Below, piece after piece: positions 9,655-23,265 of a stretch of DNA of 64,000 nucleotides. The position numbers were made by a program, and so were the translations under genes. The notes below the pieces were generated by a model. It was not told where the DNA came from and did no database searches. It was given only the letters and a program-made list of their open reading frames with translations. This stretch comes from Camelus dromedarius (Eukaryota): the NCBI RefSeq assembly GCF_036321535.1, contig NC_087437.1, positions 29,824,001 to 29,888,000 of the forward strand. Direction: 5' to 3'. Position 1 is the stretch's first letter. The number at the start of each line of letters is the position of its first letter.

Positions 9655-10400
9655 CCTTCGCACTTGGAGTAAAAACCAAAGTCTTTTCAGTGGCGTTGAG
9701 ACAAGACCATGCATGGTCTGTCCTCTCTATCACCCACCGCTATCTCCTGTACTCTCTCCCCTCCCTTAACCTGTTCCAGCCACACCGGCTTCCTTGCTGA
9801 TCTTGTTCATGTGGATGCACCAAGCAGACTCCTGCCCCAGGGCCTTTGTATTTGCTGTTCTCTACGGTGGGATGTTCATTTTTTTTTTTTCTAGGGGATT
9901 TTACTGGCTTATTTGTTTATTTTATTGCAGTATAGTTGGTCTAAAATGTTGTGTTAATTTCTGGTGTACAGCATAATGATTCGGTTGTATACATGTATTC
10001 CTTTTCATATTTTTCATTACAGGCTATTACAAGATATTGAATATGGTTCCCTGTGCTGTAAAGAGGATGAGATGTTCTTTCCCCAGCTGGAAAAGTGGCT
10101 CACTTTCTCACCTGTTATTTGCTTAAATGTCGCCTTATTGAGGCTTTCCTAAACCACCCTATTTAAAATTTATATACCCTCCTCCTTTCCCTGTTTTATT
10201 TTTGTTCTATGCTACTTATCAGCATCTAATGTATTATAAAAGTTACTTGTTTATTGTCATTCTCTCATCACTCTGGTGTCAGCTCCATGAAGAATGAGAT
10301 TTTTACCTTTTTTGTTCTCTTTGTATCCCCAGTGCCTAGCAGTTGTAAATGCCTAGCAGGCATTTTCTAAATAGCAGTTGAGTGAATAAATGAATGAATG
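9655..10400 (+). mobile_element. L2 LINE 3' region, interrupted by an L1 insertion
   Basis: ccagccacaccggcttccttgctg...cagggcctttgtatttgctgttc...tgtatccccagtgcctagc...gagtgaataaatgaatgaatga (L2 terminus). Confidence 0.8.
9878..10062 (-). mobile_element. short 5'-truncated L1 3' end (artiodactyl type) inserted in L2
   Basis: Poly-T then gcagtatagttg...gtgttaatttctggtgtacagcataatgattc...atggttccctgtgctgta; imperfect TSD ggtgggatgttc 9866-9877 and gatgagatgttc 10066-10077. Confidence 0.85.
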
Positions 10401-10852
10401 ACTTTGACTATTTTTCTCAGTAAATTTTTAGCTCAGAGGAGTGCAAGAAGTAGCTTTTCTTTTCCATTTACTCGAGCCCTTCTCACATTGTAAATGTACA
10501 ATAAATGTTTGTTAAATAGATAAATAAAAGGGTGTACATTCAACTTGACGTAAAAAGCAATGATGTAACAGGCATGACCATTCGTCTGTGGGTGGTGGAC
10601 AGAGATGTGGAAACTTTGCTTCAGTTGGCATTTCATGTGTGGGAACCCCCCTTCCCCTGCAGGTGAATTGGGGACAGAGCTGTGAGAGTGAGAAAATCAC
10701 TTTTTGGTAATGACCCTTCAGTGACAAAATCCACTTGTCTCTTGTTTATTAAACTGGAGACCAAACATTGTATAGAGAGGGATGTTTATTTAGAACAAGT
10801 AGCATCGTGATAGGGAGCAATTAGTGACATGCAGGGTTTGGTTTTCTTGCAG

Positions 10853-10998
10853 AAAACGCTGTCCTGTATCAGAACTACAAAGAAAAGGCCCTTGACATTG
10901 ACTCTGATGAAGAGTCGGAGCCCAAAGAACAGAAATCGGATGAAAGAATCGTGATTCACCATAAGCCGCTGAGATCTACGTGGAGTCAGCTCTCAGCG
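10853..10998 (+). CDS. ARHGEF26: ARHGEF26 exon 4 (146 nt; ENAVLYQNYKEKALDIDSDEESEPKEQKSDERIVIHHKPLRSTWSQLSA)
   Basis: Acceptor ttttcttgcAG at 10852; donor GCG|GTGAGT; phase 1 to 0; contains the ephexin-family LYQxY motif. Confidence 0.96.
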
Positions 10999-12179
10999 GT
11001 GAGTGTATATCTTCTTTTCTATCTGTGGACGTGAGAAAACTAGGTTGTGAAAATTATGCCTGGATGTGATCTTAATTTTTTCTATCAATGATCCCATAAC
11101 TCTAAGGAGAAAGACCCTTCTCTTGAGATTGTAAAATAATTCTTGAAACTCTGCTGGCACTGGTGAAAACATGCGCTTTGACAGTTCTGATCAGGAAGAG
11201 TTACCAGGTTTTTATAAAATAAGGAGCCTTGAGACTGATGATGTCTTATGGACTCTGGAAACTTCCTACTCAGTATCTTTTTTTGTTTTCTGTATAGTGT
11301 ATATGTAGTGGTAACTTACTATATCCTGAACTTTATCATAATTTTGGTTATATGTACACGTGTGTGTATGTGTTTATATGTACCTGTGCACAACAGGGAA
11401 CTTATAGTTCTTCCTTGGAAATTTCTTTTGATGTAGACATATCTGTATATTCTCGAAGATGGTTAATGAATGGCATTCTGTTCTACCTCCCTGTGTGCGT
11501 CGTTTGTGTGCTAGTGTCTGACACTTATTTTTTGTTGATGAGTACTTTCTCCTCTCTGCATCAAACATCTTCTGTTTTTAGCCATAATTTCTTTTCCCCG
11601 TGGCTTAACAGTGTCACAGTGTGATGCTTAGTTTACTGGATGTGAGTTTGGGTACAGCATTTGTGGGCATCTGATGCATTACCACGTGGAAAGGAATTCC
11701 CGTGGCAGGCTTGGGGGAGTGGGAGCATTGTATCAGAAACCAGCCAGGGCACCTCGGTGAGTCCTTGGGCAGTGTGGGAACAGAAGTGGTTCCCTCTTAA
11801 GCTGAAGTGAGCATTGTTCAGAGTCAGGAATCTCAGGTATTAAGGGAACCCACCAATGTAAGGAAAGAAGTTGTCTAAGTTGCAGCTCACGAACTTGACC
11901 ATGGAAGTGGGTGTGTGTTGATGTTGGGAATGATGTCTGGCTTAGACTCTTCCTCTCCTCTTCTGCCCTGTATTGGAATCCAGAATTCTAGAAGCCAAGC
12001 CCTTTCTTCCTGTCTTCCTCCCACCCCCTGATTTTGTGCAAAGGAGAAGTTATGCATTTCCAGTACCCCCCAAGGTGTGGCACCCTTCATGTTATGCCAC
12101 AGATTAAAATGCCTGCAGGGGCAGGGCACGTAGTGTTAAAAGTGATGCCAGTGAGTGTGGGTGATGGGGAAGTGGGGAC

Positions 12180-12388
12180 TGGGGTGCACAGGCCTGGTTT
12201 ATTAACTTGAGCAGCTGCCACTTAGCTCAGACCAGCCCAGTGTTGCCAGATGTTCTGATAGTGAGAAAAGAGCGTACAGAAGTACAGACTTTTACTAATA
12301 TCATCCTAATTCAAGTTTTAAAAAATGTTGTATGACATTTAACTATGGGCCAGACTTGGCCTCTCTTCTAACAGTTGGCAACTTCTGT
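12180..12388 (+). mobile_element. hAT-Charlie non-autonomous element (MER102-like)
   Basis: cagctgccacttagctcag...cccagtgttgccagatgttctgat...gggccagacttggcc...cagttggcaacttctg. Confidence 0.55.
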
Positions 12389-15300
12389 GATACTTCTATG
12401 AATTTCACACATGGTGGGGATGGTACCATCTCTTCACAGAACTGGCATATTGGTAGCCTTATTCCCTAATCTAGGGATCTTGTGATGTTACACACCAAAG
12501 CAGATACTTGGAAAAACTGGCAGAGGCCAACGGTGGCTCTGGGGTTGGTATGGACCATTTGGTAGATGATCCTCGAGAAGAAAACTGTGGCGTTTTTGAG
12601 TTCTTTCTCTGTGGAAGCAGCTGCATTTGTTAGCACAGAACTCAATCCTGCTGTTCTCTGAATGCTAACTTCTGTGTCACTCACAGTCTCTTCCAACTCA
12701 GCTTTAGTACCAGAAACCAGGCTGCCATGTGTATGCCTCCTGGAGTTTGGCTTTCCTTTAGATTAAAATAATACTCCATATCCTTCAGTACAACTTCAAA
12801 TACAGGCGTACGTTTTATTTGGCAAGGGATCAACATACCGATGTGCCTCTTGTTCACACGATGGATATCAGAAGACTATCCAGTGATTAAATGTAAACCT
12901 GTAAAGTGGGTTGTCACTGCAGCATGTGTTATCTCGGATTTGAGTGTTCCCAGGAGGCTTGTGTGTATTTATTGTGTTGCTTGGCAATTACGGTAAATCA
13001 ATGTGGCGTGATCGGACTTTGCCACTTCATCTCACTTGGGCACCAGCTTGCATTTTCTTTGTGCTTTTTGTGTCCCTGCCTCGCTTTTAAAGCATTTTAA
13101 TTTTTTATTATAAAGTACTTCGAACATGTGGAAAAATTCTAACATAAGTTTGGGTAGTAGATTTCCAGGTACCTGCCACCCAGCTTGAACAAATGTTAAC
13201 GTTTTAACGTTATCGACCGGCGTCTGTTTTTTAAGTCAGGTCCGGTTAACCACTTTACTTTCCAGTCCTTTTCTCCTTTCTGCCTCCCTGCGGGGAATCA
13301 CCTTCCTGAAGTTCTTGTCTGTCCCTTCCGCGTGAGTTTTCTTTTAATCACTGCCTTCTCTCCCAGCCAAAAAATGCAAGCAGCTCTGGCTTTTAGGAAA
13401 GTTGATGTTTTAGGAGGGAAGGGCAGCCATTATTTTTTTAGAAGCCTAGCAGTTAGTAAATATCCAGGTGGCTGTTAGGACTCCAAAGAGAGAGGCGGCT
13501 TTGTGAATTATGAAAAATGTCAGGACGTTTTCCACAAGGGGTCGGCACCTCGCTCTTTCTGTCTGACCTCGTGCCCTGACCCTGCCATGAAATGGTCTGC
13601 AGTGTTTAGGGCGGGTCTTGGGAAGCTTCTTTCATATTTTTTTGCATCATTTTTCCACATTTAACTTTGAATAATACCATGTTAGTAGGGTAGTCCCCAT
13701 CGAGTCTTTAATACAAAAGTCTTCTTCGAGTAAAGCCTTGGTCCCAGGAAGAGAGTAGGACAAGGGGTTTTCTGGCAAAGGGTTAAGTCTCAACTGGGCA
13801 TGGACCTTGACTCTGCTGGGGAGGGGTGTGTGCGCGCATTAGCTGCTGTTGGTTGGTTCATTTTCTAAACTTTGTTGCAAACCCCTGTCTGCCTCCAGAG
13901 ACGATGTACCCTTTCTTAGTTGACTGTCGGAAGCATTCAGTGTGTGGGGGACACTTCAGAAGAGCAGCAGTTTGCAGTCATTTCTGATTGTTGCATAAGG
14001 TCTTGAAGCCTTCAGTCTGTCTGTAATGTGTCTTGGCGTGTTTGTTGATGATGTGTCTCCTGCGGTTTCATTGGACAACCACACAAGTGACAGGTGGTTC
14101 TCCATAGACAGTGTTGGGACAGGTTTCACTGTAGTGTAGTCACCTAGGGATGAGGGAGAAAGAGCTGTGTAAGAGAGGCATTTAACTGAGCCTTGTTAGG
14201 ATAGTGAAAGTTGGGGCTCCCGCTGGCTTCCCCAGTAAGATTAAAGTGGATTTGTGGTGAAGGGTTGTGTAGGCATGGTGGCGCTGCCCACAGGCTCTCC
14301 GTGCAGAGGTGGGGTGCTCTCGGGTGTCATGAGCACGACCAGGGCTCCTTAATGTCATCAGATGGTGCCTGGCTTACTCTTCCTTCAGCTGATTGTCAGA
14401 ATATAGAGATGTGTTCTTCGTTGGAAATACAGGATTTCTTCATTCCGGGGAACATAACTTGATGCTACTCTTCAGGCCTTGACAGACACTTCAGGCCTTG
14501 ACAGGCCTTAACATTTGAGAAATAATGGAAACGATCGTGGTTCCCAGGTTTTGGTTGGTCATAATTGGAAGGGATTTGAGGTTTCAATCTGAAGTCATTT
14601 TTGTCCTCCAGAGACAAAGGAACCTGCCACACACACGCAAAGCCACATGCACAGCCACTCACCTAAAATGGCATCGTGAGGGCTAGGCCGTCAGTTCTTG
14701 GATCTCTGGGAAAAGCTTGTGGGTCTGAAGGAAATACTGACTGTGTTACTAGTGTGGGGTGGAACACGAAGCCCTGTTAGGGTGAGTGCAGGTGTGGGCA
14801 GCTGCGTCCTCCGTGCAGAGTGCACAGTGCTCTCCAGGCTCTCCCAATGCACATCCTTCAGTGGGATCCCAGAAGGACTTACAGCACTACAGAAGTTAAA
14901 AGGAAATCTTGACTGGAGTCTTTTCGCTTCTTATCATAATTGGGCCCCTCCCCCCATCACATACTATGCACTGTACTGAAAAATGACAGTTGCGAAAGCA
15001 GTGTTTGTTTTGTTAGGTTCAGTGATAGCACCAAAGCCACGCTCGCCAGCCGTGCCCTGACCCCATTTATTTGCCGTGGGGTGTGTTTGTGTAATTTCCA
15101 TCACCTTGACATGCCAGGTACCTTTGACAAGGGTGTTCGGGCTCCAGAGGCGAAAACAATCATGCAGGCAAACTGTCCACTTGAATTCAACACCTAATAT
15201 AGTGGATAAACACCTAATATAGCCGTCCTCTTACTGCACCCTTCCTTTGTATTGGCTGACATGTGGCTTTATCAGTAATCTTAAATCATTTTGAATATTT

Positions 15301-17209
15301 CTTCAGTTAGTTCAAAAATTGTGAACTCTTTATTCTGGAACTGGTATTTAAAATATTTTCTTCTTCGGCTTAGTGTGGCTCACTAGATTCATAGCAAGAA
15401 TTGAGACTTTAGTGTCTTGAGTTCGGGACTCAGCTCCTGAGGCACTAATGGTTGGCTCTGGTGACTGTCTGGAAACGCCAAATGAGAAAGGATGATTTGA
15501 AAAATGGCCATTTTATTATAGATATAATTTCATTCAGTTGAAAATATAACATAGTTTGGAGTCTTAGCCATTCCATCTGGTGGGGCTTATTCTTTTTAGA
15601 ATTTATACCACATTTATTTTGAGACATACTGTTTGCCTTCTAAAAAAAAATCAGAGCTTAACAGATGTAATAAACCTGAATATCATTCTGTTTGCAGAAA
15701 TGCTTAATGCATTTAGAGGTCATAGAAAATTTCATTCTTTTCTCTTACATTTTCACACTTGTCTGAATTAATTTTTAGTTGTTCATTGACTTGCTGCTTA
15801 AAATAATCTCTTCAGTCATAGAATTTTCCGTTTACGTTTTTGCGACATAGCAGTCTCATAAAGTTTTTTTTTAACCTTAGATGGTGATTAATGCCTTTTA
15901 TCATTATCTATCTTTTATGTTTAAAAAATAGAAAAAACATTCTCATTTTTCACGTCTGGCTTACTTTTAGTATTCACAGTGTAAACAGTCAGGGCTTCAG
16001 ACTCATCCACACTGTTAAGCTGGATAGTAGGTCTCCTGGTGTGTTTGTGTTTTTATAAACAGAACTCAAGGTCCATGTGCCTGGACCTGGGACCCCCAGC
16101 AGAAATCCTGGTCCAGCTTAGAGGGCTGGAGCTGAGGCCTGCTTTAGCCTGGGGCAAGGACGGCGCTCTGTTAAGCTCTTGTCATTTCAGTACAGTTAGA
16201 TTATGGTGTTCCTTTAACATTTTTGAAAAATTAATTTTGACTTATATAAGCAACACATAGCACATCCTCCATGAAAAAAAAAATTTAAATGTTTCAGATA
16301 AGACCAAAGTCTCTTGCTCATATATGCAATCCTAATCTCTTTCCCCTTCTCTGTAGGCAATGCTGGCCTCAGTTTGGTTAACACTCTTCTCAAAATCCAC
16401 AAATATACATGTGAGGAAAAAATAAAGATTACATGTGTTTATGTAAATAATATGCTGGGCAGATATTACAACTTGCTTTTTGTCTGGACAGTGTGTCTTG
16501 TAAACCATTTCATGTCTCTACATGATGATCTTCACTGTTCCTTCCAATGGATGCGTTATTCTATAGGATGGGTCTGCGTCTTGCCATCTTTCTTTTCTTG
16601 GTGAGGTTAGACCTACTTTGAGAATCTGATAACAGCTGTGAGCTATGAACCTTCTCTTTAGAAAATGTTCATGTATGTGTCAATATTTGTTTATAATCTT
16701 TGCTTTTGTGTTTTCAGTTTGAGTTTGGGGGTATTTGTTTTTCTTGACTTTACCTCCAAATCCTGGGAGCTCCTTACTGGAGCTCCCTATATGTTGAGTA
16801 CAGTTTCCATGTTATTCATATCACCTTTAGAAGTTTTTCTTTTTCTGAATTACAGCGATGATGGAACTTTACCTATATAACCCCTTCTGATAAATATATA
16901 GAGATTGAAACAAAAACTACTCTGGTTGGAGCTTAGTGAGTAAAAGGCAGTTGAGCGGTGGACGTGCCAATATTAATGTTATTGTTTCTCCCAAGAGAAC
17001 AATGGGAGGTGACAGTGAGGGTGTGTGTGCATTAGTCCCCGAGGGGAGGTGGGGACCAGAAGCGACAGGTGCTCCAAGAAAGTGGGACGAGATGAGTGCA
17101 GGGATAGTTTTGGTTGGCATAACTACAAAAGGAGATGTTTCAACCAGATCTGGGACCCAGACAAAGAAGGTCTTATTTCATTGAGCAGAAAATCTATGAG
17201 AGAGATTGA

Positions 17210-17645
17210 TGAATGATTTCTTCATCCACCTAGTCTTTATGGAGGGCCGCTCTCCACAGAGCCCTGTTCTAGAACCTGGAGAGGGAGCCCAAATAGACTC
17301 CATCTTGCTTTCATGTTCTTACACACAGTCTGAATGGCAGCACAGAAAACAAATAATCCCCTAAGTAGAGGCAGAATTGCTATGTTAATGCCTTGAAGGA
17401 CATGCTTGTGCTGCTCTGAGATCCTGGGACAGGAGGTACCTGTTGGGGCAACATGCTGTCAGTAGAGGAAGGTGGCGGAGGAGGTGACAAGAGCTGCCAT
17501 CTGAGCAGCAGCCAGATAGATGTCAGGTCAGAGTAGTTGTTGGAGGGGGGCGGGCACAGGATGAAGGAGTTCTAGGCAGAGAGAACATCACGAATGCCAG
17601 ACCTTTGGGGGTGATGGAGGGTCAGAGGAGTTAAGATAAAGTCAG
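17210..17645 (-). mobile_element. L2 LINE fragment
   Basis: ttcatccacctagtctttatggaggg...ccctgttctagaacctggaga...gttctaggcagagagaacatcac (antisense L2 3' end). Confidence 0.55.
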
Positions 17646-17649
17646 TGCA

Positions 17650-18775
17650 GCTGGAGCTTCTTTATGGAGCTCCATTGGCTCCTCCTCATTCCTTCAACCT
17701 CAAATAAATGTTGGAGGATCCCCAAGGTTCCATCCTTGGGGCTCCTCTCTTATCTGCACTCACTTGGTGATCTCATCCAATCTTGTGGCTTTAAATACAT
17801 CATCTGCTCTGATGACTTCCAAGTTTCTATCTCTAGACTGGATTGTTCCTTGAGCGTCAGACAAAGATATCCAACTTAATTTCTGGTATCTAATCAGCAT
17901 CTCAAAGTTAACCTGCCCCAATGTTTACTTTTAATCATTGCCTTCTATCCCACCCAAATCAGCTTCTCTCACAATCTCTTCTTTTTCTCAGCAGATAATG
18001 ACTCCATTTTCCAGTTGCAGATCTCAAAAACCTTGGTATCATTCCTCACTCTTCTCTTTCTCCTGTAACCTACTTCCAATCTGGTGCAAAGCCTATTGCT
18101 TTTACATTCAGAATAAAGCTTCTCCGCCACTGCCACCGTGTCATCACAGACATGCATAGTCCCCATTGCTTCTTGGCTCAACTCCCTGCATCTCCCTGGG
18201 TGCCTTTTGGTCTCTTTTCCACATAGTAGCTGTATAGTTATATTGTTGATTTGTGATTCTGTTAAAATATACAGAGATATTGTCTCTTTATTGTGAACCC
18301 TCAGGTGATTTCTTACCTGCACTCAAAGTCAAAGGCCAAGCCTTGCAGGGGCCAGTGAGACTGTGTGTTCTGGCCCCTGGTTACCTTTCTGGACTCAGCT
18401 TCTGCTTCTCTGTCTTGCATGTTGCTCAGTCACACTGATGCTCCTCCCGTACAAGGTGCACTCTCACCTTTGCACTTGCTATCTCCTCAGTTTACTATAA
18501 ATAGCTCTTCTTCCAGAGAGCTGCAAGACTTTTTCACCACTACTTCCTTGAGATTTCTTATCCTCATGACACTTACCCCTCTAATATACTGTGATTTACT
18601 TTTCTTGTTAATTGTCCTTCTATTCCCACTAGAATAAAAGCTGCATGAAGGCAGAGACTTTTGTTCACTTTGTCTCCTCTTACACCGCTAGTGCGTGAAG
18701 CAATGCCTGACTTAGACTAGGCTTGTGATAAGTATGTGATGAATTTATGAGTGACAGTGTGAATGCATGAATACA
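17650..18775 (+). mobile_element. L2 LINE 3' region
   Basis: ccttggggctcctctcttatctgcactcacttggtgatctcatccaatcttgtggctttaaatacatc...ctagaataaaagctgcatgaaggcagagactt...gaatgcatgaat. Confidence 0.82.
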
Positions 18776-20631
18776 GGCAAAAACCTAATCCCGTGAGTGA
18801 AAATAACGAAGTCACTCAGTAATGAAAACAGCCAGGAAAGTTCCCATTTAGGACTCGTTTGGAGGCTGTTTTTGATTCTTATTTTAAAGGAAAAATTCTT
18901 GATGGTTGTTTGGCTACCTCCTGGATTTAATTAATGTCTTTGATGCATTGGAGAACTTGGCATCTTCATGGTTTAGAGCTGTGTTAGCCCATGGTAGATA
19001 TTTGCATACTGTGAAATCAAATTGAACTACAGCCTCGTCCTCCACTTGGTATTTCTTTTGGGGAGGTGAATGGGATGCATTCAAGTACAATAGCCGTCTC
19101 TAGAAACATAGTATAATTGGGTGAAAGAAGACAAGATTCAGTTACTTGAGGAGTTCTGAATAACTCTAGGGAAGGGCTCTATAATACAGCTTTGGTTTGT
19201 GGAAATCATCAATCACATTCTTGCCTTTGCCCTCCTGACCTTAAGACGGCCCCTTGTGGTGTCTCTTCCCTCAGTCCAATGATGAAACTGTTTCTCGGAG
19301 CCACATTCACAGAGTGATTTGTCTCCATGGTGATTGGAAATGTCATCACTGTCAAAATTACTATTGAATCTTTACACATGGAACTAGTGCTTAAAAATTT
19401 CTCTCTCGAATTTTGTTGATTTATCCAGCATGCTTGTAGCCTGTTGATTTTCTCCAGGATTAGTCTGTTCTTGAATGTCTTAAGATTATTATGGCATTTT
19501 TTATCTGTGTATGTATCATTTGGGGAGATAAGGACTATAGCCAGTGCACAGCTTCTGCAGAAGGAAGTGTTGTTGCCGGTGAAAGGAAACTGTAGATTAT
19601 TTTCCCCTTTGGTGTAGGAGAGGAACTCTGCCACCTATCCAACTGCAATAACATAAAAGTGGCGCAGCTCCCATTTTGGGAGGCAGGAAACCCTGCATCT
19701 GGTAGTGATGTGCAAAGGAGTGTGGTTGTTGTTTGCTCAGCTTATGCCCACCTGGGGTCAAGGTCTCAGTGTGAGTAGACAGTGCAGTAGCTGACTTGCA
19801 GGATAGCTGTAGCTCTGGGACCGAGACATTGGCATCTCGATACTAATTTGTTTACATGCAGTTAAATTATTGACCCAATATTTGCAGAGGACGTGCACCA
19901 GGGATTGTACTAGGTCAATTCACTCAGTTTATGGAGGCCTTGTGACAATACCATGAGGCCAAGTAGCATTTCTCCACTTTATGTTGATTGAAGCACCTGA
20001 GACCCTCAGATGTCAAATACTATTACTCTCCTACCACTTTCATTAGGTTCTTGAGATTACCTGGGACAGAGCCTCTCAAGTTTCCCTAAATAATGGATAC
20101 AGGTGCCCAGAACTCTGGAAGAGCAGGAACCCTATTTCCCTCTGGCACTTGGCCAGCGATGTGACTCAGTCTCAGAAGTGGCCCGTTGGCTCTCTTCCTC
20201 GCATGAGTCAGCTTATTTTCCCTTTTTACCATGTCTGTCTTTTCTCCTGGGAGTTCTTGTGTGCTCACAGGTACTGAGTTCTTGTAACTTAGTCTTGAGG
20301 TTGCCTAGCACAGTCCTGACTTGCTTCATGTTATCCTTTTAGTTTCCACGTGTAACTACCCAGTTCATTTTCTTGAGAGAGAATCACACTAGCTCAGCCA
20401 CTTCTCCCACTTTTACTGTTACTTAGTCAGGTGCGTAACCATCTCTCCTCCAGTCAGCCTTGGCCTCCGTGGTGCACCATGGTGTGAAATGCGGCCACCT
20501 GGGCCGCTGCATTTGCTTTTGAGCTCTTACAGCTTTTCTTGTAAGAGTCTATGGGAGTGTTGAGCAACACGACTGACATATCTAGTGTGAATTTACCCAT
20601 GGTGGCATTGACATTAAAACCATGGTCTAGA

Positions 20632-20882
20632 TCAGCGGCTTAACATAATAAGAAATACATTTGACTTGTAACCCAGTCTGTGGGTCCACATATGTGCATG
20701 TCTGTGTAGCTCAGACAAACTTCTACAAAGCAGAAGTTACCCTTAATACAGGCAGTGCACTATGGTCTTTTCTTTTTTGTCCTTTCTGTTTTGTTACCTT
20801 TAAATAGATGATAATCAGAAATTCGTAGGCTTTGTTTTGCCATTTCCTAAGAGGTTATAATTTGTAGTTTGAAAAATGCTGG
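20632..20882 (-). mobile_element. hAT-Charlie non-autonomous DNA transposon remnant
   Basis: Ends cagcggctt... and ...tagtttgaaaaatgctg; internal taagaaatacattt, ttacccttaataca. Confidence 0.45.
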
Positions 20883-21899
20883 TGTCTGACTCCACAATTC
20901 ATTTGTATTCCCCTGCATCGTGGCGGATGGGGCCAAAAAAACAAGCCTAAAATCCAGAATGCGCGCTGTAAGAACTTAGAAGCTGGTTTAGAAGACAGTA
21001 AAAATGAAATGTCTAAGTGGTGTTTTTGAAAGAATGTAGGACAAAAGGCCAAAATGAAGTAAAGGTCAGGAAAGTGCTCTCTAGATATTGTAATTAAAAC
21101 TTAGATGAGCTCAGTGGGCAGAAGAGTAGAAAATAAAACAATAGAAATATAAAATGTGGCTTGGGTGCAGTTTGACATATAGGAAATGGGAGGACAATGG
21201 TAATTCTGTAGACACATTTTTCAGATCTCCTCTCTATATAATAAGGTAACTCCTGTTTAGTGAAACCACTGCATGCTTTGAACATCTCATGAAAAATATT
21301 AGTTCACTTTAGTACCCATTGTTCTGGAACAGGTTTTACTCAGCTCAGGTTTTGTTGCAAATCTAAGAAACTAACTTCAGGGTGGGTGTTGGGCTAAGGA
21401 ACTTACGTTTGGAGTCAGTCATGCCTATCCATCTGTCACTTTGTTAAAATAGCAAAGGAAAACAAAATGGCAACAAAGATGTGGGTACCACCTTTACAAG
21501 ACAGGTGTCCTCTTCTGCACGAGGAGCCCCCAGACCTGCTCTGCCTTCGTTAGCCCCTTCCTGACTCATACCCTCACTACGTGTTGTTGGCGTCACTGTC
21601 AGTTACCCGACTCGAGCCCGATCCTCCTCTGCTCGCCTGTCCACACACCGGCCTGTCATCACTCATTGTCAACACTGCCTCCTAAGCCACTGCTTGGTTT
21701 GGGCTTGACTGAAATCTTTCTCGTTGCCTCCCTTTTCTTTCCCTGAGCTCCTTGCTTTCTTTTATCTGGGAGTGGTCCCCAGATAAAGTGGTCCCCACTT
21801 CTTTAGCTTTCCTGTGGGCAGCAACAAAGAAATGCAGGTGTTGTTGGCATCCTTAAAGAGTTCCATTGGCCTGCTTACTTGCTTTCTTTCTTTTTTGAG

Positions 21900-22600
21900 A
21901 GAGGACTGTGAAACATTTTAGTTTTTATTAAAAATGGAGCTTTCATTACAAAGACAGGCTATGTTTATTATAGAAAAGTAAAAAGTACCAAGAGATAAAA
22001 AGAAGAAAATTAAAATAGTTGAAATCCCTCCTCCATCCATCACAGATGACATTTTGATGCATAACTTTTCAGACCTTTTTTTTTCTTAATGTGTATATAG
22101 ATAACAGGGTTTTTCTTTTCCTTTAAAAATATTTAATAATACAATAATACTGTCTTATTACTCATACTTTCCCTTTAACAATGTTGTAAATTTCTTCTCA
22201 GGTCATTAAACCTGCTGTTTTGTAACCCATTTTTTTTTTCTTAACAGTGTTGTGAATGACTTTCCACATCATTAAACTTTCTTCCACAACAACCTTTATA
22301 AAGCCCATACTGTATTTCATCAAATAGGTAGATGTTTGGTTCTTTTAACCAATTCCCCTTTGTTAGTCATTAGTTTGTTCCTAATATTCCGATGTAAAAT
22401 TCAAAATTTAAATTAAGCTCTTTTAAAACAATTACTTTTGAATTATGAAAATAATGCAAATACATGCTCCTTATTACAAAACTAAACACAACAGTTAAGA
22501 ACGAAAGTTGCTATGATTTTACCACCATTCCCAACCCCCTCCACTGTGAACCACTATTAGGCTGGTCTACTCCTCATTAAATATTCTGCTTTTTAAAACT
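21900..22600 (-). mobile_element. ancient L1 (L1ME-like) fragments
   Basis: AT-rich degenerate L1ME 3' motifs (atgtttattatagaaaag, ttttaaccaattcccctttgttagtcatt). Confidence 0.45.
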
Positions 22601-23064
22601 GTTCATCTTTTATTAAATAATTGTATGGGATTGCCTTTCCCCCCCCTAAAATCAGCCTCCTTTCCATCCTCTCTACTTCTGTGTATTAGCTTTTCACGTA
22701 TGTCCTAATCTCATTTTCTCCTCTCGATTGTTGATAGAAAAGAACTGGGTCTCTTGCTTATTGGGGGACAGAGAATGAATACATTTGGGTCTGGGCTCAG
22801 TAGCCCGTAGGGGAATGAAGGCCAGGGAGAGCCTCAAGTCAAAGAGAGGAATTTGTGGAGATTCCACAAATGTCAGGACTAATCAACAAGTTAAATGCCA
22901 GGCGCCCCGCTGACAGCTTAGCTCTCTCTGCAGTGGAAGCTGGGAATTCAGCTGGAGATGCGGTTTCTGGGGCATCCGGGGGAGGACCTTAGTTTAGGGG
23001 GAGAGTAGCTGCAGGTCACACCTGTAAGAAATTCACCAGCATTAGAAGGTGGTACATCGCAATC

Positions 23065-23265
23065 TTTGAGGGCAGCCGGCTGGCCTGGATTGAATCCCAG
23101 ATTTGCCACTTATTAGGGCTAACAATGTTTTAACTTTCCTGCCTCTCTCTCTCTCTCTTTGTTTTTTTAAATTTGTAAAGCAGCAATAGTACTTCCTCCC
23201 TTGCAGGGTTGTTATAAGGTTTAGATGCATGAAAAATCAGTACCCAGTGCATGGTAAGCAGTGGA
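23065..23265 (+). mobile_element. MIR SINE
   Basis: gcctggattgaatcccagatttgccactta...tagtacttcctcccttgcagggttgttataaggtttagatg. Confidence 0.7.

Noticed and set aside
10835..10852. In-frame upstream alternative acceptor for exon 4 (CAG at 10832-10834, +6 aa)
   Set aside because: No pyrimidine tract precedes it; the tract lies between it and the real AG.
19209..19634. 141-aa minus-strand ORF, the longest intronic ORF
   Set aside because: Non-ATG start, no domain resemblance, no splice or retrocopy hallmarks; compatible with chance.
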